DNA of 63,841 bases, counting the filler, from Octopus bimaculoides (Eukaryota): the NCBI RefSeq assembly GCF_001194135.2. It is 6 parts of 6 records of this genome, joined end to end, with 100 filler letters (N's around TTAATTAATTAA, not from the genome) between each part and the next. Parts side by side here need not be neighbours in the genome. Positions count along the whole stretch, not along the records: positions 49,562 to 60,659 come from NC_069000.1; positions 60,760 to 63,841 come from NC_068982.1; 4 more parts are not named here. One strand, given 5' to 3'. The notes under the pieces were generated by a model. It did no database searches and was not told the origin of the DNA. It saw nothing but the letters and a program-made list of their open reading frames with translations. This document shows, piece after piece, positions 49,930 to 62,300 of the stretch. Made by a program: the position numbers and the translations under genes. Numbering within the stretch: the first letter of the stretch is position 1; every line of letters starts with the position of its first letter.

Positions 49930-52485
49930 TGTTGTTGAGTGGAAGTGATGATAGCGGTGATGATGGTAGTTGTAGTGGTGGCGATGGTGATAGCCATGGC
50001 CGTGGTGGTAGCGATGGTAGTAGTGCACGTGGTGTTGTTCGGTGTGGTGATGGTAGCGGTTCTTGATGGTGGTGGTTGTGATAGTGCCAGGTGGTGGTGT
50101 TTATGACATTGATGGTATTGGTGATAGGGTTAATGATAAAGTTTATAGCGTTGGTGGTGATAGTGGTGATGGAGGTGGTGGTATTGATGATGGTAGTGGT
50201 GATGGTGGTGGTGGTGGTGGTAGTGACTGTTGTTCTGAAGGTGGTGGTGGTAGTATTTCTAGTGGTGGTCGTGGTTGTATTGTATTCCTGTGGTTGATGG
50301 TGATAGTATTTTTCTTGGTAATGGTGTGTGCGTGTGTGTGTGCGTTATTAAAGTGATGGTGACGGTGGGACTGTTTGCATGAGGTAGTGTTAATGCTGTG
50401 GTTGCTGCTGTTTAACCCTAGGTCACCCTCGATTGACTAGACTTATGACGAAATGCATTGCAACCATGACCATCCTGTGTTATTAAAGGGGTGAACAGCA
50501 ACACTAGCTAATGATTTTGCCTCTTTATCAGAAATAAGTGTAGGTTTGAAGGAGATTTGGCTGCTATTTCTAGCAGATCGAGTAACCATTTTGTTTATGG
50601 CGTTGGTCATGATGTTGTTAGTGGTGGTGGTACTGTGTGTGGGGGGAGGGAGGGGGTGATGGTGGAAGCAGTGTTGATAGGATTGGTGGTGGTGATGATG
50701 GTGTGTGGTAGCGGTGGTGTTACTAATGGTTGTAGTGGTGGTAGTTTTCGATATTGAAGTTGGTGCTGTTGGTGGTATTGGTGGGGGTTATGATGATGTT
50801 GTTGATGCTGGTGGTGGTGGTGGTGGTGGTGGTGGTGGATGTGATGGTTAGTAAGTGACTGTGGTAGCAGAGATGGCAGTGCTGAGTGACTGTGGTGGTC
50901 GAGATGGTTGCGGTGGGAGGAGTGTGGAAATAGAAAGGGTTGTTGTTGTTGATATTTAATAGTAGATGTTTGTGTTGGATGGAGGTGGTATCGAGCTGGT
51001 GATGGGAATGATCAAGGGTATTCCATTATGACCAACCCGGCTTTTTTTTTCTGTAAGGAAACCGAAGTGCGTTGAGGCTCAGGCAATAGATGTGATCGGG
51101 AGGATTTTCGCGATAATGTCAACATTGTATGTTATGGTGACGGTAGTAGTGGTATTTGCTATATATGTCTCCCAGTATTGATAAGGCAGTGGTGATTCTG
51201 GTGGCTTTAATAGTGGTATCAGGAATGGAAAAGAGAGGTAGCGGCGGCGGTAGTAGTAAATCTGAAAGAAATAGTGTCTGCGCGTGGTGGTGGTGCTTGG
51301 GTGTAGGTGATGGTGGTGGTGGTGGTGATGGTGGTGACGGCGATGGTAGTGGTGGTGGAGGTGGTGATGATGGTGATGGTGCTGCTGATGATGGCTAAGG
51401 ATGATGCCGCGTGTGATTCAACTGTTGTGAGATCAATGGAAAAAAAAAATAATAATAATAGGNNNNNNNNNNNNNNNNNNNNNNNNNNNNNNNNNNNNNN
51501 NNNNNNNNNNNNNNNNNNNNNNNNNNNNNNNNNNNNNNNNNNNNNNNNNNNNNNNNNNNNNNNNNNNNNNNNNNNNNNNNNNNNNNNNNNNNNNNNNNNN
51601 NNNNNNNNNNNNNNNNNNNNNNNNNNNNNNNNNNNNNNNNNNNNNNNNNNNNNNNNNNNNNNNNNNNNNNNNNNNNNNNNNNNNNNNNNNNNNNNNNNNN
51701 NNNNNNNNNNNNNNNNNNNNNNNNNNNNNNNNNNNNNNNNNNNNNNNNNNNNNNNNNNNNNNNNNNNNNTGGTGGTGGTGGTGGTGGTGATTATGGTGGT
51801 GGTGGTGGTGGTGATGGTGGTGGTGGTGATGGTGGTGGTGGTGGTGATGGTGGTGACGGCGATGGTAGTGGTGGTGGAGGTGGTGATGATGGTGATGGTG
51901 CTGCTGATGATGGCTAAGGATGATGCCGCGTGTGATTCAACTGTTGTGAGATCAATGGAAAAAAAAAATAATAATAATAGGAGAAAAGGAGAGAGTGTGA
52001 GTAAAAAGAGAACGGTGAATGTGGGTGGGGGGTAGATTTTGTAGAAATATGCAGCGATAGAATGAAAGAGTTGTAGGAAAGAAATGTGAAAGAAGCAAAT
52101 AAATGGACAGACTCACATAAAGAGAGAGAGAGAGAGGGGGGAAGTAAGTGAGCGATAGAGAGGGAAGCAAGAGAAGAGAGGGAAAACGATATAGAGAAAG
52201 ACAGACTATGAGGGAGGGAATGAGAGGGAGTGAGAGAGAGAAGTGAAGTGACAAGGATGAATGTTGACGGGAAAAGGAGAAGATGGAGAAAAATGAGAAG
52301 AGAAAGTGGAAAGGAAAATCTAGAATGAGAGATATAAAACAAAAGAGGATGGAGAAGATGTGGATAAGAAAGAGAATGAAACTTAGTAGAAGAGAGAGGG
52401 TTAATAACGTCAGAGAAATGATAAGAGTAAAACAAGACGGAGGAGCAGAAGAAAGACAGTGAATAGTAGTAGTAGTAATAGTAGT

Positions 52486-52541
<56 letters not shown>

Positions 52542-52850
52542 TAGAGAGACAGACGGAGTAAGAGTGTTAATATGGTGGTGGTTGGAGGTAAGAGAGAACG
52601 AGAAGGAGAGAAGGAGAGTAAGGAGAAAGTGTAAGGGGTGAAAGCGTAAAAGAAATAATAAAAAGTCAGAAAAGAGAGAAGAGAAAGAAGGGGAGTGGAC
52701 GTGTATAAAGTGAAATAACGTTAAGAAAACAGGGTAAAGTGAAAGAAATAAGGGAGTAAAAGAGGCGAGGAAGAGTGAGATGTGATGTGGGAGGTTTTAG
52801 TAATATATAAAGTGGATAGAATGAAAGATAGAGGGGGAGGAGTGAAAGAT
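49930..52850 (+). repeat. GGT/GAT-rich and purine-rich low-complexity region
   Basis: Direct inspection. Confidence 0.85.
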
Positions 52851-52865
52851 AACTGATATAGCTTT

Positions 52866-53158
52866 TATTCTTTTACTTGTTTCAATCATTTAACTGTGGC
52901 CATGCTGTGGCACTGCCATCTTTTGCCGAACTGCTAATTTAAGGGCACGTAAACAAACCAACACCGAATGTCAAGCTGTGGCGGTGGTGGAGATCAAACA
53001 CACGTCAGGCTTTCACACAGTTTTTGCCTACCAAATTCACTTGCAATGCATTGGTCAGCTCTGGGCTCTAGCAGAAGACGCTTGTTCAAGGTGCTGCGGA
53101 ATAGGACAGAACCTGAAACCACGTGGCTGCAAAGTGAACTTCTTAACCACAGCTGCTT
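52866..53158 (-). mobile_element. Internally deleted, diverged SINE family A
   Basis: The tail (ttttattcttttacttgtttcaatcatttaactgtggccatgctg) and the head (cttaaccacagc) are both present. Confidence 0.7.
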
Positions 53159-54309
53159 ATATATANNNNNNNNNNNNNNNNNNNNNNNNNNNNNNNNNNN
53201 NNNNNNNNNNNNNNNNNNNNNNNNNNNNNNNNNNNNNNNNNNNNNNNNNNNNNNNNNNNNNNNNNNNNNNNNNNNNNNNNNNNNNNNNNNNNNNNNNNNN
53301 NNNNNNNNNNNNNNNNNNNNNNNNNNNNNNNNNNNNNNNNNNNNNNNNNNNNNNNNNNNNNNNNNNNNNNNNNNNNNNNNNNNNNNNNNNNNNNNNNNNN
53401 NNNNNNNNNNNNNNNNNNNNNNNNNNNNNNNNNNNNNNNNNNNNNNNNNNNNNNNNNNNNNNNNNNNNNNNNNNNNNNNNNNNNNNNNNNNNNNNNNNNN
53501 NNNNNNNNNNNNNNNNNNNNNNNNNNNNNNNNNNNNNNNNNNNNNNNNNNNNNNNNNNNNNNNNNNNNNNNNNNNNNNNNNNNNNNNNNNNNNNNNNNNN
53601 NNNNNNNNNNNNNNNNNNNNNNNNNNNNNNNNNNNNNNNNNNNNNNNNNNNNNNNNNNNNNNNNNNNNNNNNNNNNNNNNNNNNNNNNNNNNNNNNNNNN
53701 NNNNNNNNNNNNNNNNNNNNNNNNNNNNNNNNNNNNNNNNNNNNNNNNNNNNNNNNNNNNNNNNNNNNNNNNNNNNNNNNNNNNNNNNNNNNNNNNNNNN
53801 NNNNNNNNNNNNNNNNNNNNNNNNNNNNNNNNNNNNNNNNNNNNNNNNNNNNNNNNNNNNNNNNNNNNNNNNNNNNNNNNNNNNNNNNNNNNNNNNNNNN
53901 NNNNNNNNNNNNNNNNCTTCAACATTTGACAAATTAAATTTAAATGTTGAAGTGAATCTAACGGATTTTGTGTGTTATTTTAAATGGCTTATAAACACCT
54001 TCCACGCTGCAATTGTATATATATATATATATATATATACACATTCGATCTCAGTGCTGTGAGATTATTCGGCAGTTTCTAGTTCGACGCTCCATCACCG
54101 AGTCATTTTCTTTTTCTTTCTCTAATTCGCAATCAGTTTGTCGGTCTGCCTACCTGCCTATCTGCCTGTCTGTCTGTCTGTCTGTCTCTCTGTGTTTGCC
54201 TCTATGTTATAATTTTCGCCCCTCCTATTTAAGTAATAGTACTAAATCCAGTGCCTGGGAGTGGATACGATCTCATAACCACTTCGGTTATGAGATTGTT
54301 TCATAATAA

Positions 54310-54440
54310 CCCTTTCTATTATAGGCACAAGGCCAGGAATATCGGGTTATTGGGTTAAGTTGATTATATCGATCCCAGTGCACTACTGGTATTTATTTTA
54401 TAGACCACGAAAGGGATAAAAAGCAAAGCCGATCCCGTAG
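54310..54440 (-). mobile_element. SINE family B fragment
   Basis: ctattataggcacaaggcc...atcgatcccagtgcactactggt...gaccacgaaagggataaaaagcaaag. Confidence 0.65.
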
Positions 54441-54449
54441 AAACCTATG

Positions 54450-57100
54450 AAATTTTTTTACTGCAAAAATAATTGATGGGGCTTCTTTATCTTTCTGACT
54501 GTATTTTTTCTCTTCTGCTGTCAGCCAGCGTGAAACATGATTCACAGGTTTCGTACTTCCATCTTTATACTTGTGTAGCAAAACTGCTCCTATTCCGTAC
54601 TCCGAAGCATCAGACGCTGCAACAAAGTCCATTTCAGGATCGAAATGCGATAGAGACATATCCGCGGTTAGAAATTTTTTATTTCTTCAAACGCGTTTTG
54701 GCATTTAACCGACCAATTCCACTTTATTTCCTTTTTTAATGTCTTTCAATGGAGCTCTTAATTTGTGTATGTTAGAAATGTAGTTTTGGTAATAGTTTGC
54801 CAGTCCAAGAAACACTTGTAATGTTGGTATATTTGTCGGAGCAGACATAGTCTTTATTGCATCTGCCCTCGACGGGTCAGGCCGTCTACCATTTTTATTA
54901 ATTATTTTTCCTAAGTACCTAATTTGAGGCAAAAAAGAAAAAATTCACATGTTTCTTCACTCAAAGTGAAACCGTACTTTTAATGTTCTTGAATACAGCT
55001 TAATCAATATATCGTCCAAATAAGGGATTGCAAATTCACAATCAGATAACATAGCGTCCATGATTTGCTGAAATATTACCGGTGCAGCCTTTAATCCAAA
55101 AGATAACCGAGTATATCTGTACAATCCTCTACGTGTATTTATTGTCAGATATTTTGAGCATTTGTCATTTACTTTAATCTGTAAATAAGCGTCAGACTGA
55201 TCTAATTTAGAGAAAGTTTTTCCATCATTTAATTTTGCGAAAATGTCCTCTGGTGTCGAGAATGAATGGTGGCATGTCTTTAAGCAATCGTTCAATCCTG
55301 TAGAGAAATCGGCCTAATCTTATAATGTTTCTTTTTAATGCACACCATGGGCGCCGTCCACTTGGAGTTATCCACCTTTTTGATGATTCCACTCTTTTCC
55401 AGTCTGTCCAACTCTTCATTTACTATTTCAATTGCCGTGAACGGTATTTTTCTGTTAGATTTAAATACAGGCACAGCGTTTTCACTTAGTTAAAAGAAGG
55501 CTTCAGTCTTTTTACATAGACCTATGTCCTCTAATAGTATTTGAGGAAGCATCTTTTTCAATTTTCTCTTCAATTCCTCAGACGATTTATTTTTAACGGG
55601 ACAATCATTCATGTTTTTGCAGTAGTGGCTTATGGGGAGATGCCATAAGTCAAATAACTCCAACCAATCTGTACCAAACAGATTAATTGTATTCTCTTCA
55701 ATGAATATTTTTGCTTCACGTGTTTATTCTCGAAATGCGACGTCTGTACACATTTCGCCCATGAAATGTAATTTATCACTCATCACGCCAGGCGCAATTT
55801 TCACTGTTTTACGTAACCTCGGTTTCCCGATTTTTCTCCATGTATCCGCATTTATGATTGAAATATCACTACCCATATTCAACTGCAGCTTGATATTTAC
55901 ACCATGTATTTTTACGTGTACGAATTTACATGTTTTTGTGCCATATTCACTTTCTGCTGAAAATATCTTACAATTTATTGCATTCGACACTCGTTATCTC
56001 ATCCTGCAGTGACCAAGTTTCTGACAACTATAGCCTTTTCGGTTTTTAAACAGACACTCTTTTCTCAAGTGTAGGCTTCCAGATCCGTAACATGGATGGT
56101 ACTCTTTTCTGGTTGTACTTCCCGGGAAAACATCTATATTTTTGAGGAATCTTTCTCTTGCATTTTTTTCACGTCGTGCTTCAGGTTTACCGTTGTTTGA
56201 TATTTTTCTGCAATGGTCTGTAGGGTTAAGTCTTGGTTCGCTCGCTCCATTTTTGAGAAAATCCTTTCCCTGAATTTTTCTATTTTCGGTTGCCGTAAGG
56301 CCTTGTACGAAAATAAGGGATTTAAATATAACCTGAGTGAGTTCCTGAAGTTTAAAGTTTTCACACATACGGTTGATTACTACGGCGTATGTAATAAAGT
56401 CGTCAGCGTCATTTTTTGTTAAGTTCCAACGCTCTATTCGAGTATTACATAACGAACTTTTGTCACAAAAGGTCTTTGCTAGTAATTCAAAAGTTTCTTG
56501 GAAATAAATCTCACTCGACTTTTTTGACAATATAAAGTTACTGTCGTGTTAATGCTCGGCCGGAGCTACCTTGCGTAGTAATAGCCTCACTTTCACCTTA
56601 CCCGACCATGACTTGCAATCTTTGTTAAAAATTCCCTCGTACCTTCTATAGTGCGCAGGAAACGTAATACTCTCCTCTGGATTATAAGTGAATTCAGAAA
56701 TCGAGTTCGCCACACTTCCTTGGCTGTAACTCAATTAACTGTTGTTGTTGTTGTTGTTGTTGTTGTTGTAATATTTGCTTCTGTAACTCCTGTAGTTGTT
56801 TCTGTTGCTTCTCTTGAAGCTGCATAACTGCAGCTAATAGGTTCTCCATAATTTAGCAATTTGTATGACGCACAAATTGTCAAATAACTTACGTAAGCTT
56901 CGAAAAATCCTCGTCGCCAGATGTTATATCCTTACGCCTCCAATATCGTAGTATAGTTGATATTGTCGACGATAGATAAAGAATATAATGATAAATAAAT
57001 ATTATGTATTTGGAACTTCACAGAGACTTCTTGTTCATTCATTTCTTAACTTAATCGAAGTGTAACCTTCATTATAATGGTGACAAATCGAAATATTCTT
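54450..57100 (-). mobile_element. Ty3/Gypsy LTR retrotransposon, Mag clade (5' LTR remnant, PBS, gag-PR-RT-RNase H; integrase missing)
   Basis: The gag part has SVANSISEFTYNPEESITF..YRRYEGIF..KVRLLLRK and F..LIFVQGL. The protease has LQLNMGSDISII, RT has FSKLDQSDAYLQI..FGLKAAPVIFQQIMD..PYLDDILI, and RNase H has ASDASEYGIGAVL..EAPSIIFAVKKFH. There are multiple frameshifts. Confidence 0.92.
56907..56919 (-). other. Primer-binding site TGGCGACGAGGAT, complementary to the tRNA-Ser(GCT) 3' end
   Basis: It follows the LTR terminus ...ggatataaCA by 2 nt. This PBS is characteristic of Mag-clade elements. Confidence 0.85.
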
Positions 57101-57105
57101 ATTAA

Positions 57106-57106
<1 letters not shown>

Positions 57107-57136
<30 letters not shown>

Positions 57137-57158
57137 TGTATGTATGTATGTATGTATG
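57107..57158 (+). repeat. (TATG)n microsatellite at the R4-element 3' junction
   Basis: Direct inspection. Confidence 0.95.
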
Positions 57159-57159
57159 A

Positions 57160-60020
57160 TTTTTCTTTGAGTTTTATTTAAGTTCTTAAGAGAGTTCAAG
57201 TCGGTCGCTAACAAAGCAGCAAGATTTTTTTGGGTTCAGAGAGTTCCAGGAGTTTGTAAATATGTGGTTCATTTGGTATATTGGTTGAGCTGTCAATTCA
57301 CACATCCAAGTGCGTGACATCTATTCACCCTAAAGAATCTCAGATGAAGAATATTTGGAATGTCTTACAAATCTTCACTGTGCCGCTAATAGATTGGGTT
57401 TGGAGAATCCGCACCAGTTTCCTTTGCACTTTCCCCCAAAAACCAAGTATTTCTAGTTTTTTTTTCTAAATTTGTAGGTACATAGTCTAATGCACCTATG
57501 TCGATAGGTACAAATGAGAATTCATAATCAGCTATATGTTCCGCATTAATTCACCATAAATGTTTTCTTTTTTCTTGGACTTTTGATGAAACATTCACAT
57601 TCGCTGGGCAGCCAGCATCTACAACAATGTATGACTTTTGTCCCCTGTCTCACAGAACAGTATCGAGTGTGTTATGTTTGCACCGAATTCCATTTTTTAT
57701 TGGAATGTTCTACCAGTATTCCTTGATTTTAAAGCTATGAATACATGCAGGTTCTGATATGCCTTTGATGTATACGTCAGGACAATCCTTCCTGCGGATA
57801 GCATTGTAAATAGTCTTTCCAGCCTCATCATGCTTCAGGGGCAGGTAGTATGTTGTAGACATATACATGCTGTGCTGATGATGTGAATGATATCCTCCAC
57901 ATTAGTATAGTAGACCTGACATTTTCAATCACAACGTGGAGGTTTGGTAGTATCTTTGTCCTTATTTATCAGGTTTTTAGTAGCTATCTCCTCTTCCTAG
58001 ATGGCGAAGACATATTCTTCTAGTTGGGATGTAATGTATCTATTATCGGTCCAGGAAAGGGTGCTCTTCCTGTCAATGCTGTTGTTACCCTCTGTCTTAT
58101 GGGATATGTACCCACCCATGCATTGGTTTTTGTTGGTATGATGCCTATTTCTCCTCCAAGCTTTTGTTTAGGTAGGCCAATCTCACATAAGACAGTTGTA
58201 TTCTCAGAGTATTTGCATAGTAGTTCTTCCCCAACTTCATACGAACTCACTTTTGAGTATGCATGGAATGAACTCATTTTGCTCTTTACTATTCAGCAGG
58301 TATTATCTGAGTGATACAATGTGACATTCAAAGGCTGTTTGGACTGACCTTATACCTCAACCGCCATCACTTCGTCTCACATAAATCCTGTTAGTGTCGT
58401 TGTTAACGTGGAAGTTGCCAGTGGTGGTCAGTACCTTTCTAGTTTAGATGTCCAAGCTGCGGATCTCGTTAAGTCCAATATCCCAAATGAATGTACCAAT
58501 ACCGGCACTGCAAAAACATTGTGAGATACAGTCTTGTTAAATGCAGACAGCTCTGAGTTGCATATTTTCCGGAGCCCACAGAAATACTCTTTTGTTATTC
58601 TGGCTTGAATCACAGGGCCAACGAATGCATCATTCTCGTCGATTCCTAGAAACGTGTAGCTTTCATCATTAGAGATAGGGGAGATAGACAAGCCATTAGT
58701 GTACATGCTCTCTGTCTGGTCGACAATCTTTCTTCTGTGTCTCGAGAAAATGTTGTGACTAGTTCTAATTGTCTCTTGATGCTGATCATATAACCAGAAT
58801 ATATCTTTAGGTAATCAACAAAAAAATGTGTATTCTTTTCTATATATCCCAGTATGTGACTTTCATAATTTTTAAACAGTGCTGACAAAGGATTCACTGC
58901 CAGTCCAAACAACATCACAAATAAACTATCACCCTGGTATTGCTTGTTGATAGCTCAATTCTGTTTGTAACAATAGGTGTTGCTTTAGTAATTGTTAGCA
59001 ATAACTGTGTGAATTATGTTGTGGTCATTCTTTTAATGGCATTGACTATATCAATAGGTACTTTGGTAAGGTGTAGTGATCCTATCGTCCGTGTGCAAGG
59101 CACAGAGTCGAACGCCGTCTTGTAGTTTAGTCATATTGTTAAGAGATTTTGGTGATGTTGCTTGGTTTCCTTAAGGACATCTTCGTCAAGGAGGGGCTGT
59201 TCAGCATAGCCCCAGACTCCTCTCTTTCCTTCTGCCTGTCCATCAGTTATCTCATCATTTGTCTAATTTGTGGTCTTGGAGAAACATATTCAGTTAACAT
59301 TATTTACATTATTTACATATATAGAACTGTATATTCAGATAACTTGTGTACAGATTATACATAACTTTCAAGCATGCTACGGGTTTATAATGTTTGACCA
59401 AATGGGTTTTTTTTATTCTTGAAGATAAGAGTAGTCAGTGAAATCGTCAGCCAAACTGGTATATCTAGCTCAGCGGCCATTGTTTTTTTTACACAGGATC
59501 GAGAGAATTTTCATGTAGAACGTGAGCTTTTTGTACCAGTAGCCTATAATCAGGTCTCTCCCAGGTGATTTTCCATTGGGCAGTTTCATAATAACTGCTG
59601 ATGTTATATGTTTTGGGAGAGGCATTTACACAATACTCAAACCGTAGTTCGTTTAACCATGATGCATCGCGATTGCGTTCTTTATTTACATTCCAGATTC
59701 CTCCCCAGAATGATGTTAAGTCTTCCTGGAGAGGAGCATTTACTACATAAATGATATAACCTTTCATATTGCGATTTACAACTTGTGGGTTTCAAACAAA
59801 CTTTCGGTTTATCATTTTCCGCTCATGTAATTTTTTTATAGTAACAAAGTCTTTCACTTTCCGCTCGTATGTAGTGTTTGAAGCCGATCAGTTTGCTTGT
59901 GAGTGTTTCTCGGCGGCAGTTCTCATACAACTTGGAGATTCTGTCATGCAGTTGTAGCTGGTGATTCGTGAATTCATTTTTAGCTTTACACTCGATGATA
60001 ATTTTCACCTGTCCGGTCAG
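57160..60020 (-). mobile_element. R4/Dong-like RLE non-LTR retrotransposon, heavily degraded (RT, CCHC and RLE remnants)
   Basis: Fragments read in order: RAESERLCYYKK, LTSFWGGIWN..WL, QGDSLF..LF.LAVNPLS, HFFVDYLKIYS (YMDD position), YTFLGIDE and SELSAFNK..HNVFAVPVL..SFGIL. The C-terminus is KLVRILQTQSISGTVKICKTF. Confidence 0.85.
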
Positions 60021-60341
60021 GTTATATTATTTAAAGTGTCACAGTGGCAAAAGTGGACGCATCATTGTTCGGAAGCTTTAGTAGTGAGCAATAAAGTTTT
60101 TAACCAATGACATGCGTTTTGCATCTGTGAAACTTTTAGAAATGCAAATCTGGGCTAAACTGTAAATACAAATAGTAAACCTCTAAAGTCATGTGTTAAA
60201 AGCTATTTTTTTCCCTTTCCTCTTCCTTTCTTTCTCTCTCTCTCTCTCCCCCTCTCCCCCTCTCTCTCAATGTATATATATATAAAATACAAAATGGGAC
60301 AAGAGCGCAAAACATCCAGACAGTTACGTGATACAAAAAAG

Positions 60342-60659
60342 GAAGTAGCTTGCTTACCAACCACATAGTTCCGGGTTCAGTCCCACTGCGTGGCACCTTG
60401 GGCACGTGTCTTCTACTATAGCCTCGGGCCGACCAAAGCCTTGTGAGTGGATTTGGTAGACGGAAACTGAAAGAAACCCGTCGTTTATGTATATATATAT
60501 GTATATATATATATATGTATATATATGTATGTGTGTATATATGTTTGTGTCTGTGTTTGTCCCCCCAACATCGCTTGACAACCGATGCTGGTGTGTTTAC
60601 ATCCCCGTAACTTAGCGGTTCGGCAAAAGAAACCGATATAATAAGTACTAGGCTTACAA
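60342..60659 (+). mobile_element. Near-consensus SINE family A, truncated by a gap
   Basis: Head, (TA)-rich centre and tail as far as aagtactaggcttacaa. Confidence 0.9.
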
Positions 60660-60974
60660 NNNNNNNNNNNNNNNNNNNNNNNNNNNNNNNNNNNNNNNNN
60701 NNNTTAATTAATTAANNNNNNNNNNNNNNNNNNNNNNNNNNNNNNNNNNNNNNNNNNNNATGTCAAAAGATAAAAAAAAAAAAGCCAGAAGAAAGAAAAA
60801 AAGAAAAAATCGCCACGCGTTTCATTCTATAAATATTTAGAAATAATACGTACAGGTTGCTTTTTTCCTTGTTGTTGAAGCTATCGGCTGTTTTTGTATA
60901 ATGCTTGAGTGTCATGATTTACAGCAGGGAAAGAATAAATTAGTGATATCAAAGTAGAGAAAAGCATCAAGCTA

Positions 60975-61100
60975 TCGGAATCGTTAGAATGTGGGTAAGA
61001 TGCTTGGCAGCATTTCTTCCAGCTCTCTATGATCTGAGTTCGAATTTCGCCTAGAGCGATTTTGCTTTTCATCTTTTCGGGGTCGATAAAATAAACACAA
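60975..61100 (+). mobile_element. Diverged SINE family B
   Basis: atcggaatcgttagaatg...atctgagttcgaatttcgcc...ttttcatcttttcggggtcgataaaataa. Confidence 0.7.
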
Positions 61101-61799
61101 GCCGAGTCCTGTGGTGGATGAAATTGTCAAGTCTCATAGAAAGGGTATTGGATTCGTGGTGCTATTTCTGAAGTTGAATTTTAAAACTGTTTGTTGGTTT
61201 TGCCAAGTTTCCAGATTCTTGGGATTCGGCAGGTACGATTAGTTGTTATTGGTTAGTTCCAGGTCAGCCGTGATTCCAGTTGTAATAAACTCATGTTATT
61301 TATTTTCAGGCATAATGCCTCTAGCATAATAATATTCAAACGTAACCTTCATTTTTCAGACAGTAGGATGCGATTTGAGATTTAGCTGGTATTTCTAGCA
61401 GGCCGAGCGACTTTTTACAACGTACTGATTCAAAGTGCGAACGGTGTTTTGTATTTTATTTTCATCTTTTTTTTTTTACTGATATATCAGGAAATGTTTA
61501 ATAAAGGAGTTTTTTGTTATTGGGTCGTAGTTGTTTTGGGAATTGGAGATTGTTATCAAGTGTGCGGTGACGTAGCTGTTGTTGATGTTGATTGTACTAT
61601 TTTGCAGTGTTTCACTGCTTATGTTGTTCATAAGTAAATGTTTACTTCGGTTCTGATTTTCTATAGAATCTACAAAAGTATATTTTAAAATATTTGTCTG
61701 AATAGATAATAAAATATCAAATTAAAAACAACTGTCGTTTTGAAATCATTATATGAAAACAGTGCATGTATGGTCTCCCATAGTTTTAATCATACTTTA

Positions 61800-62300
61800 T
61801 AGAAAACCGTCAGCCTGTGGCCATGACAACACGACGCTAACCGTGTACAACAGGTAGGTTTATGTTTCTCTCTCGAATTAACATCCGCTTAGTGGGAGTG
61901 ATGGGTTGGGAATTTATTCTTAACGAAGAAAATAGCAAAAAATAGACAGAGAAACAACTCAACCATGGTTTTATATTTTCTTCAGAATGTTTTTTTTTTT
62001 TTAAAGTGAAAGTCTAACATTTCATATTATCTCAGCAATAATAAAGTACCGAAAGAAAATTATTTGCGTCTGTGACTCCTCCGAAGAACTGTCGAGGCTC
62101 CATTTTGGTATGTCATGATTGATATTACTGTTGATGCTATCTATCCCGTCTTTAGTACTGCCTGAATAGATCTGAATCTGTTAAATAAAATATCTGATTA
62201 AATGCATGCTGCTTTCGTGAGGTGAACCGAAAATAATTTTCCTCCCCTCCCCCCATTCGCGAGCGCGCATTTTTTTCTTCATATTCGCTCCCAGCAAGTT
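61800..62300. promoter_or_regulatory. Candidate promoter / first-exon region
   Basis: Non-repeat sequence with a CpG patch (tcgcgagcgcgc at about 62257), a YY1/Kozak-like caaaATGG on the minus strand at about 62100-62107, an X-box-like gtggccatgacaac at 61817 and several splice-site-like motifs. Motifs only. Confidence 0.3.

Noticed and set aside
51300-51985. Identical 150-bp segment on both sides of a gap
   Set aside because: It most likely reflects unmerged overlapping contig ends (false duplication).
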